Shown here piece after piece: positions 43,573-52,901 of a DNA stretch of 64,000 nt. Within the stretch, counting starts at the first letter, position 1; each line of letters starts with the position of its first letter. The stretch is from an uncultured Bacteroidota bacterium (GTDB lineage: Bacteria; Bacteroidota; Bacteroidia; Bacteroidales; P3): assembly GCA_902762805.1 (NCBI GenBank), contig CACWPQ010000006.1:64695-128694 (forward strand), written 5' to 3'. The position numbers and the translations under genes were made by a program. The notes under the pieces are model-generated. The model saw nothing but the letters and a program-made list of their open reading frames with translations. It was not told the DNA's origin and searched no databases.

Positions 43573-46290
43573 ATGAAAAAAGCACTTATGTTTGTCGGTT
43601 TGGCAATGTGCGCCTCCGTCGCCTTCGCCCAGACCCAGACGATTTCGCGCATCGCGAAATCCAGCATGAAGCAGGACCTTTCCCGCGTTGCTCAGCCCAA
43701 GCTGGCTCCCGTGGACTACAAGGCCTCGATTTTCACCAAGGAAGATGGTGCTGACACCATCCGCACCTTCTCCTTCGCGGAGACCGACATGGACGGCATC
43801 AACTACGGTGCAGCTGCAGTCCTGAACGCCACCGATGTGATTAACGACACCGCCACCGCTGGCATGGCCCACACCGTGCCCCTGGCAAAGGACCTCTGGA
43901 CTCGCATCACCGACACCGCCACGTTTGCCGAGACCTATGCCACCGAGTACCCCAACACCAACCGTTCCGTCGGCGTGAGATTCATCCTCAACCGCATGGG
44001 TGTTGTCAACAACCCCGGCACCACCGACGACGGCTTCATGTTCCTCACCTTCTGCGAGCAGACCAACCGTGCAGGTAACTTCAACACCTACTTCACCCTC
44101 CCCGCTGTTCAGAAGAACAACAACACCCAGATGATCGAGGTCCGCCTCACCCAGGCCTACATCAAGTACTACGACCGTTGCTTCATCGACTACAAGATCG
44201 GCAACAACTGGTACGCTCGCGAAATCAACGTCACCGGTGTCGACTGCGAAGTCAACGGTGTCGCCAGCTACCACCCCTTCTACACCATGCCCCACGCATT
44301 GGCCAACCAGGACAACATCGAGCTCCGTATCCGCGCCCTATCCTGGCGTCGTGGTTCTGCCTACGGCCACTGCTGGGCTGTCGACAACGTCGCCATCGTC
44401 AGCATCACCCGTGCCGACCGCTGGGTCCTCAGCGGCGCCCGCGCCTACGACGGCTTCTACGGCATGATCCCCGAAGGCATGAGCATCCCCATGACCTTCG
44501 GTGTCGCTGCCCGCAACATCAGCACCGCCAACCTCACCAACGCCACCCTCTCCGTCAATGCCGGCACCAACGCCAGCAACTTCACCACCGTTGCCACCAG
44601 CACCCCCAGAACCGTGCCCGCTGGCAACATCGAGGCCACCTATAACCTCGTCATCAACGAGCGCGGCTTCATGATGCCCGACTCGGCCCTTGACTACGGT
44701 ATCCACGGCTGGCTCGGCTACCACGAAAACTACGGCGCCACCAGCCTCAGCGGCGGCTACCAGGGCCGCTCCCTCCCCACCGCCACCGCTGGCGACAACT
44801 ACTACACCATGGTCGCCACCACCACCAACAACATCAACAGCAACACCCTGACCACCAAGTTCGACACCGTCCTCTACACCGTCTCCGAATACAGCGAGCG
44901 CCTTGGTAGCGGCCGCCTCGACGGCCACCGCTGGGGTATCGACAACGGTCTGATCTCCGCAGGCTCCATCTTCTGCACCCAGTTCACCAACGACGGCTAT
45001 GTCACTGGCGACACCGCCGACAACCACTACACCACCGCCGGCTACAGCGTCCACTCGCGCTTCATCACCGGTAACGAAATCCCCGAAAACTGGCGCTTCC
45101 GCGGTATCGAAATCATCCCCCAGACCCTCTACGACACCGCCCGCATGCGCGGCACCTCCATCGTCCCCATCATCTACGAAGAGGACTATGTCTCCCGCCC
45201 CGGCTACCTCGTCTGGCAGAGCGTTCCCTGCGGCATCGACAACCAGGCCTTCTCCGTCAACGGTTCCATGGCCAACGACCTCTCCACTGGCTACATCCTC
45301 CCCACCACCGACTACAAAGCCATCACCATCCGCTTCCCCGACCAGCCCGCCATGAAGCCCAACACCGCCTACCGCTTCGGCTACGTCCTCAACACCGATG
45401 GCTTCTTCGCTGCCGCCGGTCAGGAAACCTCCTATCGTGACCTCGACGAAAACAGCCAACCCGTCTACAGATCCATCAGCGGCAACCCCGAAATCGCCAA
45501 GTACGCCAACCAGAACATGATGCCCCCCACCTACCTCAACATCATCGTTCGCGACCCCATCAACGAGGAATCCCAGCAAGTGACCGGTTGGAACATCGAC
45601 CACTTCCCCCTCATCCGCCCCATCGTCGGCGAACCCGATGTGATGCCCACCAACTACGTCTTTGCTGACTGCTCCGGCAACACCGACACCAACGGATTCT
45701 ACATCCAGCGCGGTACCGACTCCATCTGCAACGGCAACTACGAAGTAACCGTCGGCTCCAGCCAGTATGTCTACATCATGCCCGCCGGCAACCACAGCGT
45801 CATCGACACCGTCTACCTCAACGGCGTAGCCCTCACTGAATACAACGACGACACCGAAGAAGGCGACCTCGAAGTCATCAACGCCGACGTCGAGGACGAC
45901 CCCGACGCCGACAACCCCGAAATCCTCCTCTCCCGCTCCGCCTACGCCTACTTCATCCGCGAAGTTGAAGGCGTTGAGACCGCCTCCTACGTCTTCACCG
46001 CCAAGACCCACTGGGAGCCCTGGATCATCGGTATCGACCCCGTCGCCCCCGAAGTTGGCCTCAACCTCGCACCCAACCCCGCCACCTCGACCGTTAAGCT
46101 GAACATCACCGGCGTCACCGGCACCGTCAACTGCAACATCATCGACATGAGCGGCCGCGTCATCTACAACGCCAACATCAACGCCGAAGGCCAGAACACC
46201 ATCAACGTCAGCAACTTCCCCGCTGGTGCCTACTTTGTGCGCGTCACCAACGACACCTTCAGCAAAATCGAGAAACTTATCATCCGCTAA
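43573..46290 (+). CDS. 905-aa T9SS-sorted surface protein of unknown function
   Basis: Signal MKKALMFVGLAMCASVAFAQ. C-terminal type-A CTD LNLAPNPATSTVKLNI...IIDMSGRVIYN...FPAGAYFVRVTNDTFSKIEKLIIR. Codon usage is strongly C-ending. Confidence 0.88.
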   Translation: MKKALMFVGLAMCASVAFAQTQTISRIAKSSMKQDLSRVAQPKLAPVDYKASIFTKEDGADTIRTFSFAETDMDGINYGAAAVLNATDVINDTATAGMAHTVPLAKDLWTRITDTATFAETYATEYPNTNRSVGVRFILNRMGVVNNPGTTDDGFMFLTFCEQTNRAGNFNTYFTLPAVQKNNNTQMIEVRLTQAYIKYYDRCFIDYKIGNNWYAREINVTGVDCEVNGVASYHPFYTMPHALANQDNIELRIRALSWRRGSAYGHCWAVDNVAIVSITRADRWVLSGARAYDGFYGMIPEGMSIPMTFGVAARNISTANLTNATLSVNAGTNASNFTTVATSTPRTVPAGNIEATYNLVINERGFMMPDSALDYGIHGWLGYHENYGATSLSGGYQGRSLPTATAGDNYYTMVATTTNNINSNTLTTKFDTVLYTVSEYSERLGSGRLDGHRWGIDNGLISAGSIFCTQFTNDGYVTGDTADNHYTTAGYSVHSRFITGNEIPENWRFRGIEIIPQTLYDTARMRGTSIVPIIYEEDYVSRPGYLVWQSVPCGIDNQAFSVNGSMANDLSTGYILPTTDYKAITIRFPDQPAMKPNTAYRFGYVLNTDGFFAAAGQETSYRDLDENSQPVYRSISGNPEIAKYANQNMMPPTYLNIIVRDPINEESQQVTGWNIDHFPLIRPIVGEPDVMPTNYVFADCSGNTDTNGFYIQRGTDSICNGNYEVTVGSSQYVYIMPAGNHSVIDTVYLNGVALTEYNDDTEEGDLEVINADVEDDPDADNPEILLSRSAYAYFIREVEGVETASYVFTAKTHWEPWIIGIDPVAPEVGLNLAPNPATSTVKLNITGVTGTVNCNIIDMSGRVIYNANINAEGQNTINVSNFPAGAYFVRVTNDTFSKIEKLIIR

Positions 46291-46315
46291 GTTTCCACAA
46301 ACAACACCCAAACCG

Positions 46316-46350
46316 AAGAGAGCATCCCGCACAGGATGCTCTCTTCTTAT
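46316..46350 (+). terminator. Rho-independent terminator
   Basis: aagagagcatcc-cgcaca-ggatgctctctt, a 12-bp stem followed by cttatt, 26 nt after the stop. Confidence 0.7.
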
Positions 46351-46387
46351 TCCCCCACCACCACCCTACACAACCCACCCCACACCA

Positions 46388-46473
46388 GGACCCATCCAGA
46401 ACCCATCTAGGAGTCATCTAGGACCCATCTAGGAGTCATCTAGGAGTCATCTAGGACCCATCCAGGACCCATC
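46388..46473. repeat. 11-bp tandem repeat, ~7.8 copies (GGAGTCATCTA / GGACCCATCTA)
   Basis: ggacccatcca gaacccatcta ggagtcatcta ggacccatcta ggagtcatcta ggagtcatcta ggacccatcca ggacccatc. Intergenic, between two terminators. Confidence 0.9.
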
Positions 46474-46491
46474 AAAAAGACAAAAAAGAAA

Positions 46492-46511
46492 GAGCCTGCA
46501 TCTGCAGGCTC
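46492..46511 (-). terminator. Terminator hairpin for hup (A-run/T-run on both sides)
   Basis: gagcctgca-tc-tgcaggctc. On the minus strand it is followed by tttcttttttg. Confidence 0.6.
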
Positions 46512-46542
46512 CCATTCTTTTGCCAATAGGCGCGAAGCTGAC

Positions 46543-46803
46543 TTAGATAAGCTTGCTGCCGGCTTTGAACTTGGCGACCTTCTTGGCGGCCACTTTCACG
46601 GGCTTGCCGGTGCGGGGGTTCTTGGCGGTGCGGGCTTTGCGCTTCACAACGCTGAAGGTGCCGAAGCCAATGAGGGTGACCTTCTCACCCTTCTTGAGCT
46701 GCTCCTGGATGGTGTCGAAGCAAGCGCTCATTGCCTGTTTGGCGGCGACTTTGGTCATGCCGGTCTTCTCGGCCATTGCGTTAACAAGTTCAGTTTTGTT
46801 CAT
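46543..46803 (-). CDS. hup: HU-family DNA-binding protein
   Basis: MNKTELVNAMAEKTGMTKVAAKQAM...LIGFGTFSVVKRKARTAKNPRTGKPVKV. Confidence 0.95.
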   Translation of the reverse strand: MNKTELVNAMAEKTGMTKVAAKQAMSACFDTIQEQLKKGEKVTLIGFGTFSVVKRKARTAKNPRTGKPVKVAAKKVAKFKAGSKLI

Positions 46804-46861
46804 AATTGTTTATGTTTAAAGGGTTAATATTTGTTTGATTTCTTGTGTCTTAATCACGCTG

Positions 46862-46869
46862 CAAATGTA
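46862..46869 (-). promoter_or_regulatory. -7 promoter box TACATTTG for hup
   Basis: Plus strand caaatgta, in the context gttctTACATTTGCAgc on the minus strand, about 58 nt upstream of the ATG. Confidence 0.45.
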
Positions 46870-46935
46870 AGAACTTTTTTTTATTTACACCAAATTTTTT
46901 TTTCATTTTTTTTGCAAATTCTTAACCTCAATTCA

Positions 46936-47871
46936 CTAAACAATTAATTCCCAATCGCTTACATCCTTCCCACGTAAAAATTCTTCGACAGAATTTTTAC
47001 GCTTCCCGCTCATTTGCAGGCTCAAAATGCTGACCATTCCGTCATTTGCAGCGATTTTTATATATGTTTTTCCATCGCTTTCAAGCCTGCACGGCGTGCC
47101 TGCAACGCTGGGCGCAAAAGCCACATCGTAGATTTTGAACGGCACCTCCTCGCCCTCGGGCGAGCGCAGCGTGAGGGTGGCGGCGGGATGGGGCGACAGA
47201 CCGCGCACAAAGTCCACCACGCGCCTCCCCTCCTGGCGGAAATCGATGCGCGTGTCCTCCTTGAAGATTTTTGGAGCCGTCGTGGCCGCGCCCTCCTGCG
47301 GCGTCGGCGCGAGGGTGCCGGCGGACAGGCCGTCGAGCGTCGCCACCACCAGTCCACGCCCCATCTCAGCCAGCCGGTCGTGCAGCGTGCCCGCATTGTC
47401 TTCGGCCGCAATGGGCGTCTCGGCCTGCAGCAGGATGTTGCCCTCGTCGATCCGGTGGTTCAGCATGAACGTGGTGACGCCCGTCCGCTGCTCGCCGCGG
47501 ATGATGGCCCAGTTGATGGGCGCCGCGCCGCGGTAGGCAGGCAGGAGCGACGCATGCAGGTTGAACGTCCCCTTCGGCGGCATGTTCCACACCGCCTCCG
47601 GCAGCATCCTGAAGGCCACCACAACGAAAATGTCGGCCCCCAGTGCCGCCAGCGCCCCGAGGAACTCAGGGTCGCGCAGCTTCTCCGGCTGCAGCAGCGG
47701 CAGCCCGTGGTCGAGGGCATACTGTTTCACGGGGCTATAGACCACCTTCTGCCCGCGCCCGGCCTGCCGGTCGGGCACCGTCACCACACCCACCACCTCA
47801 TGCTCCGAATGCACTATCGCGTCCAGCGACGCCACCGCAAAATCGGGCGTGCCCAAGAATACCACTCGCAT
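46936..47871 (-). CDS. fmt: Methionyl-tRNA formyltransferase
   Basis: MRVVFLGTPDFAVASL...FNLHASLLPAYRGAAPINWAII. Confidence 0.94.
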   Translation of the reverse strand: MRVVFLGTPDFAVASLDAIVHSEHEVVGVVTVPDRQAGRGQKVVYSPVKQYALDHGLPLLQPEKLRDPEFLGALAALGADIFVVVAFRMLPEAVWNMPPKGTFNLHASLLPAYRGAAPINWAIIRGEQRTGVTTFMLNHRIDEGNILLQAETPIAAEDNAGTLHDRLAEMGRGLVVATLDGLSAGTLAPTPQEGAATTAPKIFKEDTRIDFRQEGRRVVDFVRGLSPHPAATLTLRSPEGEEVPFKIYDVAFAPSVAGTPCRLESDGKTYIKIAANDGMVSILSLQMSGKRKNSVEEFLRGKDVSDWELIV

Positions 47872-47873
47872 CG

Positions 47874-48374
47874 CTAGAACGGCAATTCAAATTCAACACT
47901 GTCATTGAACTCTGCCATCTTCAGCGCCGTCACAGCTCCCTCCACGCCCTTGTTCCCGTGGCGGCCGCCGGCGCGGTCCAGCGCCTGCCGCATCGTCTCC
48001 GTGGTCAGCACACTGAATATGACGGGCCGCTCGTGCTTGACCGCCACGTTGGTCAGTCCCTGCGACACCGCCTGGCAGATAAACTCAAAGTGGCGCGTCT
48101 CCCCCTGGATGACACAGCCAATGCATATCACGGCATCGACTGAGGTGCGTTTCAGTATGATATCGGCGGCGCTGGTGAGCTCGTAAGTGCCGGGCACACG
48201 GCGCACCAGCAAATCCTCCTCCTCCACTCCGTGCTCGCGCAGGGTATCGAGGGCGCCTTGGAGCATGGCATTGGTTATTTCGGGGTTCCACTCGGCGGCT
48301 ACAATGGCAAAGCGGCGACCCTTGCCCGAGGGGATGGCTGCGGGGTCGTAGGCTGAAAGGTTGGTCTTTTTCAT
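47874..48374 (-). CDS. ribH: 6,7-dimethyl-8-ribityllumazine synthase
   Basis: FAIVAAEWNPEIT...VPGTYELT...VICIGCVIQGETRHFEFI...NKGVEGA. Confidence 0.93.
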   Translation of the reverse strand: MKKTNLSAYDPAAIPSGKGRRFAIVAAEWNPEITNAMLQGALDTLREHGVEEEDLLVRRVPGTYELTSAADIILKRTSVDAVICIGCVIQGETRHFEFICQAVSQGLTNVAVKHERPVIFSVLTTETMRQALDRAGGRHGNKGVEGAVTALKMAEFNDSVEFELPF

Positions 48375-48375
48375 G

Positions 48376-49299
48376 CTAGAAGTCTTTTATATTAAATGTA
48401 GGGGCTGCCACGCTGGCGGCGCGGCGCTTGCCCTTGGGAGTCTCTTTGATGCGGCTGGCGTCGGGCTTGTGGTGCGACTCGTGGCCGGCCGTCGGCTTCC
48501 GGATGCCGAAGTAGGTCTTGTCCAGGTGCAGCAGCCGCGTGCGGAGCGTGTAGTTCTCGAAATCGAGTATCCACTCCGGATCGAAAGTCTGGTATAGGAA
48601 GCGGCACTCGAAGTGCAGGTGCGGCCCGGTGCTGTTGCCCGTGCTTCCACCAAGCCCCAGCACCTCGCCGGCGGCCACCTGCTGGTGGGGCTGCACATTG
48701 ATTTTCGACAGGTGCCCGTAGAGCGTCTCCAACCCGTTCGGGTGGCGCACCACCACGCAGTTGCCGTACCCACCCATGCGCGCCGCCACACGCACTATGC
48801 CGCCGAAAGCCGCATAGACCGGGTCGCCGGTCGCAAGGGCGATGTCCACCCCGTGGTGGCCCCGCTGCCACCGCCACCCATACTCCGAGGTCTTCGTGTT
48901 GCGCACCGGGAAGCAGAAGTCCGACGTATCCGCCATCAGGCGCAGGATGATTTCGTCTGGCAGCATGTCCACCTGCGTGCGTCCGTGGGGGTTGACGCGG
49001 TGCTGCGGGAACGCGTCGTACCACATCGGCACCATCGCCCGGTCCATCGCGGGCCGTGCCGCGGCGGAGTCCTTGGGCGCCGGCGCGGGTTGCACCGCCT
49101 TCCGCTCGGGCGTCGCCTTGGGCTTGGGTTTGTTGGGGTCCACCTTCTTGACCACCTTGGGCGGGTTCTTCGCGCGCTCCAGGCGCACGGCGATGAGCGA
49201 GTCGAAATACGACTGCTGCGCCTCCACGCGCCCCAGCCCGCAGAGCAGCACCAGCAGCAACACCAGCGTGCGCCGCAGGCGCGCGATGGGGATACCCAT
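48376..49299 (-). CDS. Alternative model: M23 peptidase translated from the internal in-frame ATG
   Basis: The ATG at 49299 gives MGIPIARLRRTLVLLLVLLCGLGRVEAQ/Q, a canonical Sec signal peptide, followed by a Pro/Lys linker and the M23 domain. Confidence 0.4.
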   Translation of the reverse strand: MGIPIARLRRTLVLLLVLLCGLGRVEAQQSYFDSLIAVRLERAKNPPKVVKKVDPNKPKPKATPERKAVQPAPAPKDSAAARPAMDRAMVPMWYDAFPQHRVNPHGRTQVDMLPDEIILRLMADTSDFCFPVRNTKTSEYGWRWQRGHHGVDIALATGDPVYAAFGGIVRVAARMGGYGNCVVVRHPNGLETLYGHLSKINVQPHQQVAAGEVLGLGGSTGNSTGPHLHFECRFLYQTFDPEWILDFENYTLRTRLLHLDKTYFGIRKPTAGHESHHKPDASRIKETPKGKRRAASVAAPTFNIKDF

Positions 49300-50670
49300 C
49301 TGCTCGCGGTATTTGGCCACCGTGCGCCGCGCCAGCGGGTAGCCCTGCGCGTTGAGCATCCGCGTCAGCGCGTCGTCCGAGAGCGGCGCCTGCTTGTCCT
49401 CGGCGGCGATGGCGTCGGCCAGATGCTGCTTGATGGCTTCCACCGACACCTCCTCGCCTCCGTCGCCCATCATGCCTTTGGAGAAGCACTCTTTGAGCGG
49501 TATGGTGCCGAAGTCGGTCTGGAGGTATTTGCTGTTGGCCATGCGCGAGATGGTGCTGATGTCCAGCCCCGTGGCCTCGGCCACTTCGCGCTGCCGCAGG
49601 GGCTGCAGCTGGTCGGGGTCGCCCGTGAGCAGGTAGCGGCGCTGGTGGCGCACCAGGTAGCGCATGACGCGCACGATGGTGTCGTGCCTCTGCTGCAGCA
49701 GGTCGATGAAGCCCTGTGCGTCGTCCCGCTTGGTGCGCAGGAACTGCAGCGTCTCGCGGTCCCCCTTCGCCTTTTCCATCTCGGCCAGCATGTCGGTATA
49801 GTAGCTGTTGAGCGAGAGGCGAGGCAGGTGGCTGTCGTTGAGGTAGAAGCTGAGCTGCCCGTCGTGCTGCTGCAGCACGATGTCGGGCGTGATGGTCTGT
49901 GCCGCGAGGTCGCTGTCGGCCTCCGAGCTGCCGGGTTTGGGGTTGAGGCGCCGGATGAGGGCGGTGGCTGCGTCGAGCTCCTGCTGGCTGATGCCGAGGT
50001 CGGCGCAGATGCGCTCGTAGCGGTGGTTGGCCAGGTCGTCGAAGTGGCGCTCCACGATGTCGAGCGCGCGGTCCACCTCGTCCGTTGCCTCCATCCGCTG
50101 CAACTGCAGCAGCAGGCATTCCTGCAGGCTTCGGGCGCCGATGCCGGGCGGGTCGAGGCTTTGGATGATGCGCAGCACGCCGAGCACCTCCTCGCGCGAG
50201 GCGTCGATGCCTTGGCGGAAGGCCAGGTCGTTGGTGAGCAGGTCGAGGTCGCGGCCCAGGTAGCCCGCATCGTCGAGCGAGCCGATGAGCTCGTCGGCTA
50301 TGCGCTGCTGCCGCTCGTCGAGGTCGCGGCTGACCAGCTGCGAAGCGAGGCGGTCGGCAAACGAACTGCTGTCGGCCACCACGAATTCGCGCTGCCGCGC
50401 ATTGGGGTCGCTCTCGAGGTGCTCGCGGTAGTCGTATCCGAAGTCTTCCTCGTCGCTGTCCCAGTCCGAGCTGTCGTTGTCGGCAGCCGAGACGATGTCG
50501 TCGATGTTGGCTGTGTCGTCGGGTGCTTCGGCATCCAGAAGGGGGTTCTTCTCTATCTCCTCCTTGATGGCCTGTTCGAGGTCAGTGACAGGCAACTGCA
50601 GCAGACGCATCAGCTGTATCTGTTGCGGTGATAGCCTCTGCTGCAGTTGCTGTCGCTGAACTTGTTTCAT
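48376..50670 (-). CDS. rpoN: RNA polymerase sigma-54 factor continuing in frame into a signal-peptide/TM segment and an M23 (LytM) peptidase domain
   Basis: N-terminus MKQVQRQQLQQRLSPQQIQLMRLLQLP (region I). RpoN box ARRTVAKYREQMGIPIARLRR, then with no stop TLVLLLVLLCGLGRVEAQ. Later HHGVDIAL...GNCVVVRHPNGLETLYGHL...GSTGNSTGPHLHFE is the M23 domain. Confidence 0.8.
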   Translation of the reverse strand: MKQVQRQQLQQRLSPQQIQLMRLLQLPVTDLEQAIKEEIEKNPLLDAEAPDDTANIDDIVSAADNDSSDWDSDEEDFGYDYREHLESDPNARQREFVVADSSSFADRLASQLVSRDLDERQQRIADELIGSLDDAGYLGRDLDLLTNDLAFRQGIDASREEVLGVLRIIQSLDPPGIGARSLQECLLLQLQRMEATDEVDRALDIVERHFDDLANHRYERICADLGISQQELDAATALIRRLNPKPGSSEADSDLAAQTITPDIVLQQHDGQLSFYLNDSHLPRLSLNSYYTDMLAEMEKAKGDRETLQFLRTKRDDAQGFIDLLQQRHDTIVRVMRYLVRHQRRYLLTGDPDQLQPLRQREVAEATGLDISTISRMANSKYLQTDFGTIPLKECFSKGMMGDGGEEVSVEAIKQHLADAIAAEDKQAPLSDDALTRMLNAQGYPLARRTVAKYREQMGIPIARLRRTLVLLLVLLCGLGRVEAQQSYFDSLIAVRLERAKNPPKVVKKVDPNKPKPKATPERKAVQPAPAPKDSAAARPAMDRAMVPMWYDAFPQHRVNPHGRTQVDMLPDEIILRLMADTSDFCFPVRNTKTSEYGWRWQRGHHGVDIALATGDPVYAAFGGIVRVAARMGGYGNCVVVRHPNGLETLYGHLSKINVQPHQQVAAGEVLGLGGSTGNSTGPHLHFECRFLYQTFDPEWILDFENYTLRTRLLHLDKTYFGIRKPTAGHESHHKPDASRIKETPKGKRRAASVAAPTFNIKDF

Positions 50671-50707
50671 TCTTTAGCGGACGATTTCCATAATGGCAGG
50701 TTATGGA

Positions 50708-52885
50708 CTATCTGACGATGTCCATCTCCTCGATGAGGTTCTTGGCGCCGGCATAGACGTCGATGACCCAGAGCATGTAGCGGCTGTCGAGGCAGATGCA
50801 GCGCTGCAGGTTCTCTTCGAAGTCGATGTCGCCGCTCATGGCCTCGCTGTTGCCGTCGAAGGCCAGGCCGATGAGGCGGCCGCGGGCGTCGATAACGGGC
50901 GAGCCGCTGTTGCCGCCGGTGATGTCGTTGTTGGTGATGAAGCAGGTGGGCAGTTCGCCGCGGCGGTTGGCGTAGCGGCCGAAGTCTTTCTTGGCGTAGA
51001 GCTCTTTGAGGCGGGCGGGCACCTCAAATTCGCCGCCCGCGGGGCCTTCCTTCTCGATGACGCCTTTCATGGTGGTGAAGTAGTGGTACGAGACGCCGTC
51101 CTTGGGGTCGTAGCTCATCACGTTGCCGTAGGTGAGGCGGATGGTGCTGTTGGCGTCGGGCGACATCAGTTTGCCGTTCTTGTCGTTGATTTGCAGGATG
51201 CCGTCGGTGAAGTCGCGGATGCCGCGCTCCAGGCCGTCCTTGGTCTCCTTCGAGCCCAGCTCGTTCACTTCGCGGTAGCGCTCGTAGGTCTCCTTGCCGG
51301 CCTGGAAGGCGGGGTCTTTCTGCAGCTTCTTCAGGTCGGGCTTCTCCATGAATTTGGCGAAGCTCTCCTCGGTGGCGAAGATGGATTTCTTGAAGAGGTT
51401 CTCGACGAATTTGGTGCAGTCGCCTTTGCCTTTCTTGCCGGCCTCGAGGAGGAACTGGGGCATGTACTCCTCGCTCATGTGCTCGTAGACGTAGTTGAAG
51501 AGGCCGGTCATGACGCGCTGCTCGGTCTGGGGGTTGTAGTCTTTGTAGAAGTCGGCGGCCGACGAGCGGAGGCTTTCGATGATCTGGTCGCGCATTTCAT
51601 CATAGCGGGGGTCCTGGATGGTTTCGAAGGTGCTGCCCACGCGGAAGGCGCGCAACAGCAGTTCGGGACCGCTCAGCAGGCCTTCGCGCAGGTAGAGGCT
51701 GGCCTCTTCGGCGGTGCGGCGCTCGGCGTAGCCGTTGCTGATGAGGTCGAGGGCGCGGCTGTACTTGGGGTTGCGCTGCTTGCGGGCCCAGTCCATGTAT
51801 TCGCGCTCCACGTCGCGCTTCAGGCCCATCGTGTTGAGGTTGCGGAGGGCTTTGTTCTGCTCGTTGCTGTATTTCCAGTAGTTGGAGCAGGAGGCGTACT
51901 TCGAGGCGTATTTGATGCGGGTGGCCTGGTCGGCGGCCATCTCTTCGCGCAGGATGTTGATTTTCACGGTGCGGATTTCATAGACCAGCTTGTTGGTGAT
52001 CTCCATCGTCTCCTCGAGGCCGTAGCTGGTGAGGAAGTGGTCGGTCGTGCCGGGGAAGCCCATCACCATGGCGAAGTCGCCGTCGTTGATTTCGCCGGCG
52101 CTGACGGGCAGCGAGTGCTTGGGTTTCAGGGGGACGTTGTCTTTCGAGTAGTCGGCGGGGGTGCCGTCGGGGGCGGTGTAGATGCGGAAGAGCGAGAAGT
52201 CGCAGGTGTGGCGCGGCCAGCTCCAGTTGTCGGTGTCGCCGCCGAACTTGCCCATCGACGACGGCGGGGCGCCCACCAGGCGCACGTCGCGATAAATCAT
52301 GTGGACAAAGAGGAAGAACTGGTTGCCGTTGAACATGGGCTTCACCGTGGCGTTGTAGAGGGTGCCTTCGGTGGCCTTGGCGGACAGCTGCTCGGAGATT
52401 TTCTCGATGGCGGCCTGGCGGTCGTCCTCGCTCATCTCGTCGGTGATCACCTCTTTCACCTTGTCGGTGACGTCCTCCATGCGGACGAGGATCGAGGCGG
52501 TGAGGCCCGGGTTGGGCAGCTCCTGGTCCTTGGTGTAGGCCCAGAATCCGTCGCGCAGGTAGTCGTGCTCCACGGTCGAGTGCTCCTGGATTTTGCCGTA
52601 GCCGCAGTGGTGGTTGGTGCTCATCAGGCCCTGCTTCGAGATGATCTCGCCGGTGCAGAAGTGCCAGAAGGGGGTGCCGGCGTTGCCGAGGCCCACGATG
52701 GCGTCTTTCAGGCAGCTGCGGTTGATGCTGTAGATGTCCTCCGGCGTCAGCTTGAAGCCGGCGCGCTGCATGTCGGTGTAGTTCTTGCCGATGAGCGACA
52801 GGAGCCACATGCCTTCGTCGGCACGGGCGGCGTTGGGCAGCAACAGGCTGAACGCCAACGCGAGTGCTAAAGTGCGAATTTTCAT
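50708..52885 (-). CDS. S46-family dipeptidyl-peptidase (DPP7/DPP11-like)
   Basis: Signal MKIRTLALALAFSLLLPNAARA, then DEGMWLL, TNHHCGY and GGNSGSPV, which carry the catalytic His and Ser motifs of S46. Confidence 0.93.
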   Translation of the reverse strand: MKIRTLALALAFSLLLPNAARADEGMWLLSLIGKNYTDMQRAGFKLTPEDIYSINRSCLKDAIVGLGNAGTPFWHFCTGEIISKQGLMSTNHHCGYGKIQEHSTVEHDYLRDGFWAYTKDQELPNPGLTASILVRMEDVTDKVKEVITDEMSEDDRQAAIEKISEQLSAKATEGTLYNATVKPMFNGNQFFLFVHMIYRDVRLVGAPPSSMGKFGGDTDNWSWPRHTCDFSLFRIYTAPDGTPADYSKDNVPLKPKHSLPVSAGEINDGDFAMVMGFPGTTDHFLTSYGLEETMEITNKLVYEIRTVKINILREEMAADQATRIKYASKYASCSNYWKYSNEQNKALRNLNTMGLKRDVEREYMDWARKQRNPKYSRALDLISNGYAERRTAEEASLYLREGLLSGPELLLRAFRVGSTFETIQDPRYDEMRDQIIESLRSSAADFYKDYNPQTEQRVMTGLFNYVYEHMSEEYMPQFLLEAGKKGKGDCTKFVENLFKKSIFATEESFAKFMEKPDLKKLQKDPAFQAGKETYERYREVNELGSKETKDGLERGIRDFTDGILQINDKNGKLMSPDANSTIRLTYGNVMSYDPKDGVSYHYFTTMKGVIEKEGPAGGEFEVPARLKELYAKKDFGRYANRRGELPTCFITNNDITGGNSGSPVIDARGRLIGLAFDGNSEAMSGDIDFEENLQRCICLDSRYMLWVIDVYAGAKNLIEEMDIVR

Positions 52886-52901
52886 TGATTTAAACTGTTT
52901 T

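Noticed and set aside
46388-46473. Possible CRISPR array (also considered for the 19265 and 56202 tracts)
   Set aside because: The units are 7-11 bp and directly tandem with no unique spacers. No cas genes or leader are present in the window.
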